A stretch of 63,900 nt of DNA from a virus (lineage: Duplodnaviria; Caudoviricetes), in the IMG/VR virus record IMGVR_UViG_3300022745_000034, positions 1 to 63,900 of that record; one strand, written 5' to 3'. Below are positions 27,799-36,647 of this stretch, piece after piece. A model generated the notes under the pieces. That model was not told where the DNA came from. It did no database searches and saw nothing but the letters and a program-made list of their open reading frames with translations. Positions within the stretch are counted from its first letter, which is position 1; each line of letters begins with the position of its first letter. The position numbers were made by a program, and so were the translations under genes.

Positions 27799-30413
27799 TC
27801 TTTGCCTTTTGAACTGCTGGATGGCTTCTGTATTTCAGAGACTGAGCCAACTGCCCGACCGTTTGCGTCTTCAACAATCTTTGTCTGACGCGGCGCGCTC
27901 ATGACCTGGGCCAGCGTTGCCTGGGTCTGTGCCAGGGTTGCAAGCACCTGGGCCATACCAGCGTCTTCCTTTGGCTCAGGCGATGGGGCTGGCTCAGGAT
28001 CTGTCTCAGCAACCTTGCGCACCTGCTCGATTTCAGACTGGAGCGCCTTTAAGTTGGCCTGCTCGGACTGCTTCATCAGATCTAGCTCGTGCTGGATCTG
28101 GGTGAGTCCGTCGAAAAGCGGCTGCAACATCTGCATGCTGGCGCCCTTTGCACGCTCTGCTTCCACCTTGGCAGCGGCATCGAGCTTTGCTTTTTCAATG
28201 TCTGCTGCGTACTTGGTCTGAATCTCTGCCTGCCGGTTTGCAAGTTCGGTCTGCAACTGGCTGATTTTGTCCATCAGCGGGCGCATTTGCTGCTCGAATT
28301 GGGCCTGCATTTCTGCCATCTGCCCGCCGTTCTGGAGCCCGTGAGCCACTTGCTGCGCATCGGCCATGAGCTTGGCTGCCTTGGCATTGGTTTCTTGAAC
28401 CTTGGCCATGCGCTCTTGGCGATTGAGTTGCATTTCCTCTTGCTGCATGGCTTGCTGCTGCTGTGCTGCGGCCTTTTGCTGCTCTGGGTCTTGGATACCA
28501 ACGGCAGCGCGCAGCCGGTCTGCCAACTGGTGACGCTTGGGCAAGTCAGTGGCTTCGATCACAAAGTCGATGATGAAGCCCTGCAACTGAGGTGGCAGCG
28601 ACTTGGTGATTTCGGTCAGCATCTGCAAGGTCTGCTGGCGGTAGGTCGGCGTCGATGGAATGTCGTCGAGCACGATCTTGGCTTTGACCTTGGCCACATC
28701 GTTGAGCATGACCGGCTGCCCCGTCTGTGGGTCGATGGTCGGTGTATTCAGCGGGATAATTTTCTTTTGCTGGCCTTCACCGATGGTGACTTTGCTTGGG
28801 CCTTGCATGAGGTTTTGCTTGACCAACTCGAACAGCATTTCACCCACCAATCGGCGGGCATAGCGGAAGTTGTCGTTAATCTCGGCCAGGGTGTTCATGC
28901 CCTGCTCTATCAGGCCATTGATGGCAATGCCCGATGTCGCACCGGACTGCTGACCCTGCATTGACTTGTGGATGCCAGAAGCCTCTGCAATCTCTTGCTT
29001 GGCCTCCTGCATGACTTGGAACTGCTGGGTAGCAAGCTCACCGCCTGGATCAACCCGGAATGCGCTCGTTGGCTTGCGGTTGGCGTTGAGGATCACATAG
29101 GCGTCAGGCCGTGCGACCTCAGAAGCTGCCTTGTTGTGGTCCAGCACAGCATCGCTGTCGGCCACCACACGGCGGCTGTTGAGCGACCAAAGCATCTTGG
29201 ACTTGCGTGCGTTGACCTCATCCTGGGGGCTGACCATCGAGCGGATCAAGCCATAGGGCACATTGGTCAGGTCTTCGCGGTGGCCGAAGAACGGCACATA
29301 CGGGAACTGGTTGTGCTTGTAGGGGCTGGGCACGTCATAGAGGAAGTGCGGGCCGGTGTACCAAGCCAAGCGCACCTTCTGGAAAGTTGCCTGCTTGATC
29401 TGGGCAATGCCAGACACGATGGCTTCGTTGTGGCGCGGGTTGTTGAAGTCCGCTTCCATCACCGTGCCGTTTGGCAGCGTCATGGTGTAGCCGCGCACCC
29501 ACTTGCGATACCAGATTTCGTACAGGCAAATGCGCATACGCTGGATGTCGCGCCAGTCCACCGCTGCAATGCGGGTGTCGCGCTCCACTTCCCAGCTTTG
29601 AACCAAACGACTGTCCTGCTCAATGAGCGGGTCAAACCCAGCCCAGCCGCCTGTTGTCATGCGGAATAGGGTCGCGTACTGGGGCATGAGCGCAATGGCG
29701 TGCTCAAGCTCAAGCCAGCGGCGACGAATCAGGTAGCGCGCGTCCGATAGATCTGGTTGTTCTGCCCGCCAGTCCCAGAAGATTTCACGGCGGTGCACGT
29801 ACTTGACGCGGTACGGGCACTTGAATGGGTCGTGCTCACGGGCTACTTCAACCCAGCCAAGTCCGGCTTTGATTTGCGCAGCGTAAGCGTCAGAGACAGC
29901 GCGATCAGCGCGGCTTTCAATTTCAGCATGTTTTAGTTTGACCGATAGGCCTTCTGCAAGATCGTCGTCACATTCCTCATCGTCCTCTGGGCGCACGCGC
30001 CAGTCAGATCGACTCTTGGCTTCCAGGCCCAGCACCGTGTCGATGGTGGGCTTGATGATGTTGGTGATGAGCGGGGGCTGGCCACGCTCTTTCAGTTTCT
30101 CGACTGTTTCTGGTGAAAGCTGGTTGCCGTCGTAATAGTCGGCTGCGCGGTCTGCTTCACGCCTCCAGTGGGGCTGGTGCTTGATTTCCCGCAGGAACAT
30201 TTCCACTTGCCCTCTTTCAAGGGCCGAATCTGCTAGGTCGTCAGCAAAGACGGAAGCCGAATCGTTAGTTGGAGCCTCGCCAATGACCACATTGCCGCGC
30301 GGTTTTTGGTCAGATTGGAAGCGTTTGGCCATCGTTGGCCCGCCAGCATTAGCCGCGAAACTCTCGTCCTGCGGGATTGCTGAATTGGTCAGTTGAATGT
30401 CGCCAATGGCCAT
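27795..30413 (-). CDS. Portal protein with long C-terminal coiled coil
   Basis: DYYDGNQL, RGQPP...N.I.PTID..LG.E, PYVPFFG, PYGLIR...PQDEVN; follows TerL. Confidence 0.9.
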   Translation of the reverse strand: MAIGDIQLTNSAIPQDESFAANAGGPTMAKRFQSDQKPRGNVVIGEAPTNDSASVFADDLADSALERGQVEMFLREIKHQPHWRREADRAADYYDGNQLSPETVEKLKERGQPPLITNIIKPTIDTVLGLEAKSRSDWRVRPEDDEECDDDLAEGLSVKLKHAEIESRADRAVSDAYAAQIKAGLGWVEVAREHDPFKCPYRVKYVHRREIFWDWRAEQPDLSDARYLIRRRWLELEHAIALMPQYATLFRMTTGGWAGFDPLIEQDSRLVQSWEVERDTRIAAVDWRDIQRMRICLYEIWYRKWVRGYTMTLPNGTVMEADFNNPRHNEAIVSGIAQIKQATFQKVRLAWYTGPHFLYDVPSPYKHNQFPYVPFFGHREDLTNVPYGLIRSMVSPQDEVNARKSKMLWSLNSRRVVADSDAVLDHNKAASEVARPDAYVILNANRKPTSAFRVDPGGELATQQFQVMQEAKQEIAEASGIHKSMQGQQSGATSGIAINGLIEQGMNTLAEINDNFRYARRLVGEMLFELVKQNLMQGPSKVTIGEGQQKKIIPLNTPTIDPQTGQPVMLNDVAKVKAKIVLDDIPSTPTYRQQTLQMLTEITKSLPPQLQGFIIDFVIEATDLPKRHQLADRLRAAVGIQDPEQQKAAAQQQQAMQQEEMQLNRQERMAKVQETNAKAAKLMADAQQVAHGLQNGGQMAEMQAQFEQQMRPLMDKISQLQTELANRQAEIQTKYAADIEKAKLDAAAKVEAERAKGASMQMLQPLFDGLTQIQHELDLMKQSEQANLKALQSEIEQVRKVAETDPEPAPSPEPKEDAGMAQVLATLAQTQATLAQVMSAPRQTKIVEDANGRAVGSVSEIQKPSSSSKGKE

Positions 30414-30447
30414 GAAGTCGTCCGGTTTGATGCTTTTCGCCAGGGGT

Positions 30448-30474
30448 ATTGTGTTGCGCCTAGATCAATTCGAC
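30448..30474 (-). promoter_or_regulatory. Putative late promoter GTCGAA-N15-CACAAT
   Basis: Copy 2; upstream of portal. Confidence 0.65.
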
Positions 30475-30493
30475 CCTGTGCGTTTGGTTTTCC

Positions 30494-31969
30494 TCAACCT
30501 GCACGCCAGTCGTATTCGCGCTCACGCTGGATGATCGACCTGTGTGGGTCTGGTGGCACTGACGCATAGCGTTTCATGACGTAGGCGTAGCGAGTGGCGC
30601 TCAAAAAGTCGTCTTGCAGCTTCACGATCTGGCCGTCTTTTCTGTGGTAGAGCCTAAATTCCTCAAAAAACATGGTCACGCTTGAGAAAACCTTGAATTT
30701 GCCCTTCTTCATGTCGTCGTACATGGACATCACACCGGCCTCAACGCTCACCCGGCTGGTTTTCTTGCCTTCCTCGTCACCAGTTTCTGGAAGTTGGGCG
30801 TATTCGTGCAGCATGTTGGCGCCGTGCGTGCGGTATTGGTCTGCCAACTGGATGCCGTCACCCTTGGAGCGCTGCAAACCGTCTGCTGGCCAGGACACTG
30901 GTACCCATGGACCGCGTTGCAGGATAAGCGGCACCAGTTCGGCCGGTGTCTTGTTGCTTTCGCGGTAGCCGTCGTACACATAAACGATGTCGTTGTCCCG
31001 GTCCCAGGCCAGCCATGCTCCGGCGCTTGGGTGGTCGATACCGAAGTCAACACCGCAAATGACCGGCCAGTGGTCTGGGATCTGGAATGGCTCGACCGTG
31101 ATGGCCGATTCGGCAATTGGGAACACGCGACCGGAGCCAAGAATAGGAATGCCCTTTGCCCGGGCTTCACGCTCGTGCTCTGGGTAGCTGGCCACAATGC
31201 GATCGCGTTCTTCCTGGGTGTAGTGGCCAACGTCATCAATGGTCATGTTGGTGTCTGACCGGTCTGGCGTTGGGTTTTGCAGGAACAGGCGCACGACCTC
31301 CGACATACCTAATAGTGGCGTGAAGGTGATCCAGACAATTCCCTTGGTGGCGTTGGTGCGGGTCAGAACCTCGGTGTAGATGTCGATGGGCGGTTCTTCG
31401 TCCAGTGCCGCAAAGTCCAGCGTTTCTCCTTGGAGCTTGGACCTGCCTTTTTCATACGACTTAAAGTAAAGGCGCGAAACACCTCCAGATACGTGGCGCA
31501 CGAACACGCAGTCAACCGAATCGGCAATGCCTTGGGCGCGCTTGGGCTCACCGATCATCAGATCCTTGGGGATCGTGCCTGTGCCCCATTCTCCAGGGCG
31601 GCCAAGGATCAAGCGTTGCATGGTGTCGCGGGTGGACTCCATGGATTCACCAAGGGCCCAGCCGGTAACTCCCCTGCTCCAGCGCTTGCCCTGCCACCAA
31701 TCAGGGTAGAGGCCGGTCAGGTGGTAGGCAATTTCGTAGGCTGAACTCCACGTTTTTCCAAGCTGGTTGCCCGCGCGGAAAAGGCGTTCGCGGTAGGTGG
31801 CTCCACGGTTGTGGAACTCAATTTGCCTGGGATACGGCTTGTACCTCGATAACTTGTTGCGATCCTGCCGGCGTTTGAGTTCCTGTGCCAATTTCAATAA
31901 GGCCAGTTTGGGAGGCAAGCTCTGCAACGATGCGGGTAATGTCTTCGTCACTGAGGTTTGCATATTCAT
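30494..31969 (-). CDS. terL: Terminase large subunit (P22-like)
   Basis: RLFRAGNQLGKT Walker A, AALDEEP Walker B, TFTP, GVDFG nuclease motif, DD..SATRYA. Confidence 0.93.
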   Translation of the reverse strand: MNMQTSVTKTLPASLQSLPPKLALLKLAQELKRRQDRNKLSRYKPYPRQIEFHNRGATYRERLFRAGNQLGKTWSSAYEIAYHLTGLYPDWWQGKRWSRGVTGWALGESMESTRDTMQRLILGRPGEWGTGTIPKDLMIGEPKRAQGIADSVDCVFVRHVSGGVSRLYFKSYEKGRSKLQGETLDFAALDEEPPIDIYTEVLTRTNATKGIVWITFTPLLGMSEVVRLFLQNPTPDRSDTNMTIDDVGHYTQEERDRIVASYPEHEREARAKGIPILGSGRVFPIAESAITVEPFQIPDHWPVICGVDFGIDHPSAGAWLAWDRDNDIVYVYDGYRESNKTPAELVPLILQRGPWVPVSWPADGLQRSKGDGIQLADQYRTHGANMLHEYAQLPETGDEEGKKTSRVSVEAGVMSMYDDMKKGKFKVFSSVTMFFEEFRLYHRKDGQIVKLQDDFLSATRYAYVMKRYASVPPDPHRSIIQREREYDWRAG

Positions 31970-32444
31970 CTTCCGGCTTCTTTTCTACTGGCTTGAACAG
32001 TCCCATGGTGTCGCCCAGCAATTTCAGGGCGGTGTTGGCTCCCGCAGAATCAAATTGGTACTCTCCGGTGGGTTCTCCCTTGCGGTCGAGCACTGGTTCG
32101 GCCTGCATGCATCGTTCTGCCACTGTCATCAGGCGTGAGATAACCCACTCACGGTTCAGGCCAGTCTTGAGGATGGCGCTCTCTGTGGCCATTGCTGACA
32201 GTTCTGAAATGCGGTCACGCACCTGCTTAACATCACGCTCCCACCGACCTGCGGTGTAGGCACTGACAGGAGAGCCAATGGAAAACACGGCCTCTTTGCA
32301 GTTCATGCCCATTGCCCGGGCCCTGCAATACGCTTCCTGCGAGACTGTCAGCCCAGTCTCCAATACCACTGCGCTTCCTAGCTGCTTGAGTGGTTTCCTT
32401 GGGGCTCTGGGCTTCTTTGGCTTGTCAGGAGTTACTTGGGCCAT
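31818..32444 (-). CDS. terS: Terminase small subunit
   Basis: LTVSQEAYC...; EWVI.RL..VAERCMQ.EPV.D..G..TGEY.FDSAGA..AL.LLG; upstream of and overlapping terL. Confidence 0.85.
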   Translation of the reverse strand: MAQVTPDKPKKPRAPRKPLKQLGSAVVLETGLTVSQEAYCRARAMGMNCKEAVFSIGSPVSAYTAGRWERDVKQVRDRISELSAMATESAILKTGLNREWVISRLMTVAERCMQAEPVLDRKGEPTGEYQFDSAGANTALKLLGDTMGLFKPVEKKPEDEYANLSDEDITRIVAELASQTGLIEIGTGTQTPAGSQQVIEVQAVSQAN

Positions 32445-32920
32445 GCGTCGATCAAGGTTTTGGCGTCGTTGGCGTGACCGTCAGCGATTCGCGCCATGTC
32501 GATATATCGCTCTGTGCACGCGAGGAATAAGTCTGGGAAGGGATCTGGGTAGTCAAGGCTGGTGGCGAGGGCACCTGCGGGGGCACGCAAGGCGTAGGCG
32601 GATCTGGTTGACGCGACAACAGCCCGCAGCCGCTCAAGCTCAGACTTAGCGCCATCGGCATCAGCCAGGATGGCCTGCTCTCGCGCGACTCTTGCTTGCT
32701 CTGCCTCTCGCGCCTTTGCGCCCATTTCAGCGCTCTTGGTAGCGGCATCTGCGTTTGCTTTGGCGATGTTTGATTCGAGTTGTGCGACATAGGTCTTACC
32801 CTTTTCGATTTCGATGGTTAGCTCGCCGTTCTTTAGCTTGAGCGTGCAGGACGTGGCAGATAGAGCGGCGATGAGTGCCAGCCACACCCATTTGGGCACC
32901 AGTTCAAGGAGTAGGAGCAT
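32432..32920 (-). CDS. Rz-like i-spanin
   Basis: N-terminal TM segment, coiled coil, ADGHA.DA..L..AWP end. Confidence 0.8.
   Translation of the reverse strand: MLLLLELVPKWVWLALIAALSATSCTLKLKNGELTIEIEKGKTYVAQLESNIAKANADAATKSAEMGAKAREAEQARVAREQAILADADGAKSELERLRAVVASTRSAYALRAPAGALATSLDYPDPFPDLFLACTERYIDMARIADGHANDAKTLIDAWPK
32452..32748 (-). CDS. Rz1-like o-spanin lipoprotein embedded in Rz
   Basis: Lipobox LSLSGC followed by a Pro-rich mature part, in another frame inside Rz; start uncertain. Confidence 0.8.
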   Translation of the reverse strand: MPLPRALKWAQRRERQSKQESRESRPSWLMPMALSLSLSGCGLLSRQPDPPTPCVPPQVPSPPALTTQIPSQTYSSRAQSDISTWRESLTVTPTTPKP

Positions 32921-33104
32921 TGGGTGCCTTCACTTTCTGGAGCGTGTTGCCGGTGATGTAGGCTGCGACCGTGCCGAGTACCGTCCACTGGAACACTTCT
33001 GGCGTGATCTTTCCGAACCAGACAAGGACGGTGCACGTAACTCCTGCGCCAACGGCCAGGATGAAGCGACGACCGCCAGATGTTTCAATGGCAGATCGGA
33101 TCAT
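32904..33104 (-). CDS. Holin
   Basis: 66 aa with two TM segments, between endolysin and spanins. Confidence 0.7.
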   Translation of the reverse strand: MIRSAIETSGGRRFILAVGAGVTCTVLVWFGKITPEVFQWTVLGTVAAYITGNTLQKVKAPNAPTP

Positions 33105-33541
33105 GCGTAAGCCCTCGTGCTTTGGTCGTCGATGATGAGTGCCTGACGCTGGTCTCCGTTGAATGCTACGTGCACCCAGCCTGCTCCGTTGTTGGCAAAC
33201 TCTCGGATCACCTGCTTGAACGGGACTTTGGAGCGCAGAATGGCGCGGATAACGGCGTCCACATTGCCGTAGGTCGGGCAGGTGAAGTCGATGGCAAAGC
33301 CTGTGAGGTGGTCGGACGTTGGCTTAGAGCCCACGGCCTTGTTCAGTTCAGGGCAGCGATACCAGCTACTGACGTGGATGGCGTTGGAGTTTAGTTCCAT
33401 GCGGATGAGTTCAAGGCTCAGTGCAGCCTTCTTCATGGCCTGGAACACCTCAAGCGGCGGGTCGTTGTTGATGCCAAGGCGCGATGCGGTCTGCGAAGCG
33501 ATAGCTTCTTCCAGGGAAAAGTGGGCTGATAGGGGCGTCAT
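33101..33541 (-). CDS. Endolysin, peptidase M15A family
   Basis: HFSLEE, SSWYRCPELNKAVG, SDHLTGFAID, WVHV. Confidence 0.88.
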   Translation of the reverse strand: MTPLSAHFSLEEAIASQTASRLGINNDPPLEVFQAMKKAALSLELIRMELNSNAIHVSSWYRCPELNKAVGSKPTSDHLTGFAIDFTCPTYGNVDAVIRAILRSKVPFKQVIREFANNGAGWVHVAFNGDQRQALIIDDQSTRAYA

Positions 33542-34038
33542 TTGTGCGGGCCTTGCAGGAATGATTGCCAAAGCGCGTATGTGGCCCAGCCGATGAAGCC
33601 GAATAGACCGTATTTGGTCAGTTCTAGCTTCATCTTGGCCCAGAATTGAGCGCTTTCCTCGGCTTTGCGGATAGATGCCTCGTGATAACGGCGGTGTCCA
33701 TCAGGATCGCCATCTGGGTAGGCGGCCGACATAGCTTCGGTCACTGCTTCCTTCACACTGTCCTTCGCTTGTTCTGCTGCTTTGGTCGCTCGTTCAATAG
33801 ATTCGGTCTGTGTTGCGTGGTTGTACGTTATTGATCGTTCCAGACGGTCGAGTGATTTATGGACCTCGTTCTTGAATTCAGTGAATTCAGTGGCCATCCG
33901 GGTTGTTTTGTGCGCGATTATTTCGATGTTGGTGTCTGTGGCGCGTCTGTTGGGCGTCTGGCGCTGATCCAGCGTCGTTATTGGGTGCGTTTCTTCACCG
34001 TCGAAATGGACAAAGTTTGAGGAAGTCACGTAGGGCAT
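33538..34038 (-). CDS. Hypothetical lysis-region protein with C-terminal TM
   Basis: Coiled coil, AYPDGDPDGHRRYHE, C-terminal hydrophobic helix. Confidence 0.6.
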   Translation of the reverse strand: MPYVTSSNFVHFDGEETHPITTLDQRQTPNRRATDTNIEIIAHKTTRMATEFTEFKNEVHKSLDRLERSITYNHATQTESIERATKAAEQAKDSVKEAVTEAMSAAYPDGDPDGHRRYHEASIRKAEESAQFWAKMKLELTKYGLFGFIGWATYALWQSFLQGPHK

Positions 34039-34060
34039 CCAGTGCGTTGATATTTTCTCA

Positions 34061-34087
34061 AGTTTGCGGGCATAGCTGGAATTCGAC
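34061..34087 (-). promoter_or_regulatory. Putative late promoter GTCGAA-N15-CAAACT
   Basis: Copy 1; upstream of the lysis cassette. Confidence 0.6.
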
Positions 34088-34088
34088 G

Positions 34089-34427
34089 CTATACGTGACC
34101 CTGCTCTTTCAGAATTGCCATGCCTGAGTAGACGATTGCGCCCAGGACTTCCTGCTCAAACGCCTTGCCTTCGCGGGTGCTGGCCGCTTCTTCTAGCTTC
34201 TTGGCTGCTTGGCCGGTCGCAAAGCCTCGTCCGTGCATCGTCACGTAGTGAACCCAGGGCTGCTCAAGGAACGGCGTTGTGGCGCCGCCGTGGCGCTCGC
34301 CCTTGCCGTACATGGCTTGCTCGATGGCAGCCACAAACACGGGAAATAGCGGGTGGTCCAAGACTGCCAGGGGCGGCATGTTTGGGTGCTCTACGGTGAC
34401 GGTGTATCCAGGCGGCATTTCGGTCAT
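34089..34427 (-). CDS. Conserved hypothetical phage protein
   Basis: QA..GKG.ERH...F..QP...GQA.KK..EA...E.LGAI.Y pattern. Confidence 0.6.
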   Translation of the reverse strand: MTEMPPGYTVTVEHPNMPPLAVLDHPLFPVFVAAIEQAMYGKGERHGGATTPFLEQPWVHYVTMHGRGFATGQAAKKLEEAASTREGKAFEQEVLGAIVYSGMAILKEQGHV

Positions 34428-34711
34428 TTGAAGAATCCTCGGAAGGCTTTTTCTAGGGCGATTACTGGGCTTTCATCCAGTGCTTCGGGTATTCGTCCCC
34501 AACGTGCTGTGAACTTGCGGCCAGTGCGCGCGACCTTGGCCATGTTGTTGAGGGCGTTGAGGGCGTCGATTGTTTGGCGGTAGGTCAGGCCGGTAAGCTG
34601 CGCGATCTGCTGGCCTGATAGATAGGTGCTGGATGCGTCGATGACGGTGAGAACGCGCATGCGATAGGTCTGTGCCTGTTGGCGTTTGAGGGCGCGGTTG
34701 CTGGCCATCAA
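34424..34711 (-). CDS. Winged-helix DNA-binding protein (candidate late activator)
   Basis: LSGQQIAQLTGLTYRQTIDALNAL...VARTG. Confidence 0.6.
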   Translation of the reverse strand: MMASNRALKRQQAQTYRMRVLTVIDASSTYLSGQQIAQLTGLTYRQTIDALNALNNMAKVARTGRKFTARWGRIPEALDESPVIALEKAFRGFFK

Positions 34712-35122
34712 TTAGGCTGATTCCAGGGCAGGCGCCGAATCTGGGGTGATGCCAAGGTATTGGCAGAGGTGCGATCGCGCCTCCTGGGCCGATCTGGCGA
34801 CCCGGATTTCCCAGTTTTGGCGCTCAAAGTGGGCTAACCACTCTTTTTGCTCTGAACTGGTCGAGCCGGTGGCCGACTTCATTTCGATCACGATGCCGGC
34901 CTTGTGCGGGTTTGCGACCGGCAATATCAGGTCAGGGAAGCCGCGTTTGACGCCCAACGCACGCATCTGAGCGCCTGCCAGGGCATCACGCTTGCCGCCG
35001 TTCGGAGAGTGATGCAGCCAAGCCAGTTCAGGCATGAGCTCACGCACAGCGACCTTGTGGGACCACTTAATGAGCCGAGCCTGCTCGATTTCCTCGCCTC
35101 TGTTTCTGGGTGCTGTTGCCAT
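34712..35122 (-). CDS. VRR-NUC nuclease
   Basis: E..EQ...HHSPNGGKR...GVKRGFPDL...IEMK...S.EQ.EW. Confidence 0.88.
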   Translation of the reverse strand: MATAPRNRGEEIEQARLIKWSHKVAVRELMPELAWLHHSPNGGKRDALAGAQMRALGVKRGFPDLILPVANPHKAGIVIEMKSATGSTSSEQKEWLAHFERQNWEIRVARSAQEARSHLCQYLGITPDSAPALESA

Positions 35123-35142
35123 CCCTCGATTTTACGTGCGCC

Positions 35143-35159
35143 GTTGAGCCATACTCAAC
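35143..35159. promoter_or_regulatory. Operator palindrome overlapping a putative leftward promoter (TTGAGT-N18-TAAAAT)
   Basis: GTTGAGCCATACTCAAC upstream of VRR-NUC. Confidence 0.7.
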
Positions 35160-35209
35160 TGCTGTTTGCCTATCCAGTCTTTTTCGGGCGCATGGTTGAT
35201 CGGGGTCCA

Positions 35210-35500
35210 AATTCCGAAAGTTCCGAGTTCCGGGCAAAGTTCTAGAACACAAAACGGGCTTGCAACCCGCATGGTTGAGCCATTCTTGTCCCAAGTTCCG
35301 AAGTTCCGGCAGTTCCCATTATTTCTATCTAGGTGGCTATGAATTGTGAAATAAGGGTGGGGGTGTCGGAACTCGGGAACTTGGGGGTGTATGGGTATAG
35401 AAAAAAATAAAAAGATATATATAAATCAATAACTTACCTTCATACAGGCTGTGGATAACTTGTTCTGGAATTTCCAGAACTTTCCAGAACTTTCGGAACT
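35210..35500. other. Putative replication origin (convergent iterons, AT tract, IHF site, DnaA box)
   Basis: About 7 AGTTCC-like repeats on the left and about 6 GGAACT-like repeats on the right; AATCAATAACTTA at 35424-35436; TGTGGATAA at 35450-35458. Confidence 0.7.
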
Positions 35501-35550
35501 TTGGGTCTGTTGGCAAAAAAAGACGATTTAACTTAAATATTCATCGCCGC

Positions 35551-35573
35551 GTTGAGCTATTCTCAACTATAAT
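35551..35573 (+). promoter_or_regulatory. Operator palindrome abutting TATAAT of an early promoter
   Basis: GTTGAGCTATTCTCAAC-TATAAT. Confidence 0.7.
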
Positions 35574-35623
35574 TTAATTACGTCGATTTTGACGGACTGA
35601 ACGAACGATTGAAGGAGCGAAAA

Positions 35624-35959
35624 ATGACCCTCGAAAAACGAATGGAACTTGAGCGCCGCGTAGTGCGCAAGCTGATCCGGGTGGCCAAGGAGCACGGCTG
35701 GACTTGCGTGGCCGTGGACGACGGAGAGGAACGGGTGCGGTGCGATGGCGAGGCCGAAGCCATGGATGCGGTCTTTGCTGTGGATGAGTCGGTCATGCGC
35801 TTCAAGCACGCCGACCACAAGGCAACTCACTGCGCCGTGATCGTCCTGGGCAACGACGGCTGGGACGCGATTGCCGACTGGTCTGTGGGCGATGGCTGGG
35901 CCGATGTGATGGAAGCCATGGACGCCTACACCGACAAGCTGTGCGAGGAAGTGTCCTGA
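35624..35959 (+). CDS. Hypothetical early protein
   Basis: AAGGAG RBS; acidic; VLGNDG.D.IADWS. Confidence 0.7.
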   Translation: MTLEKRMELERRVVRKLIRVAKEHGWTCVAVDDGEERVRCDGEAEAMDAVFAVDESVMRFKHADHKATHCAVIVLGNDGWDAIADWSVGDGWADVMEAMDAYTDKLCEEVS

Positions 35960-36031
35960 CAGCACCAGTGTGTGGGTCTGCTGGGCCCACACGCGGGGAT
36001 TGTCCCGATACCGAGCGAAGGAACGAACGAA

Positions 36032-36484
36032 ATGAAAACCGTAAACGAAAACCTCCAAGAGCTGACCCGGACCTACGTGCGCGAGGGTCTGCGCCTTTGG
36101 ACACTGGCCAATATCGAGCGCGAATATGGCCTGCTGGCCCGCACTACCCGGCGCCGCTTGGCCCGCCAGGAATGGGTGGCCAGCATTCGGGACTGTGCCG
36201 AGCCTTTGGCGGTTGCTGGGTACTACGGCGACATACCGGCCGGCACGCCGGTTGTGGCTTTATGCAAGTGGGAGCGTGACTGCGATTGCGTGGAGGGCAC
36301 GTCTATGCGTCTGGTCGAGGCGACCGTTGCGGCACTGGATGAGGCCGTGGAGCGCGACTACGACTGGGCCGAGGGTCCGGTGCGCCACTGGATTCAGCGC
36401 CCTTCGGACGCATTCGAGTCCGAATTCCACGACCGCGCCTTGGAAGCCTTCGAGGATGGCCATGCACACGTCATTTACGGCTAA
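36032..36484 (+). CDS. Hypothetical early protein
   Basis: ORF with RDCDC motif and DRALEAFEDGH end. Confidence 0.65.
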   Translation: MKTVNENLQELTRTYVREGLRLWTLANIEREYGLLARTTRRRLARQEWVASIRDCAEPLAVAGYYGDIPAGTPVVALCKWERDCDCVEGTSMRLVEATVAALDEAVERDYDWAEGPVRHWIQRPSDAFESEFHDRALEAFEDGHAHVIYG

Positions 36485-36494
36485 GGAGGACGGC

Positions 36495-36647
36495 ATGGAC
36501 TACGAACAAGACGATCTGGCGCCCGAGCCGGAAGACTTCGAGGAAACCCGATTCCCCGTGCTGGATATGGCCGAAGCAAAGCGGCTGGCTGCTTGGTTCT
36601 TGGAAGGCGTGCCTAGCCTGGGTGAGTTTGAGGGGGTGGTGGTATGA
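36495..36647 (+). CDS. Small acidic hypothetical protein
   Basis: AAGGAGG RBS; MDYEQDDLAP... Confidence 0.6.
   Translation: MDYEQDDLAPEPEDFEETRFPVLDMAEAKRLAAWFLEGVPSLGEFEGVVV

Noticed and set aside
35210-35500. Short repeats as a CRISPR array
   Set aside because: Hexamers with irregular spacing and inverted orientation, no unique spacers, no cas operon
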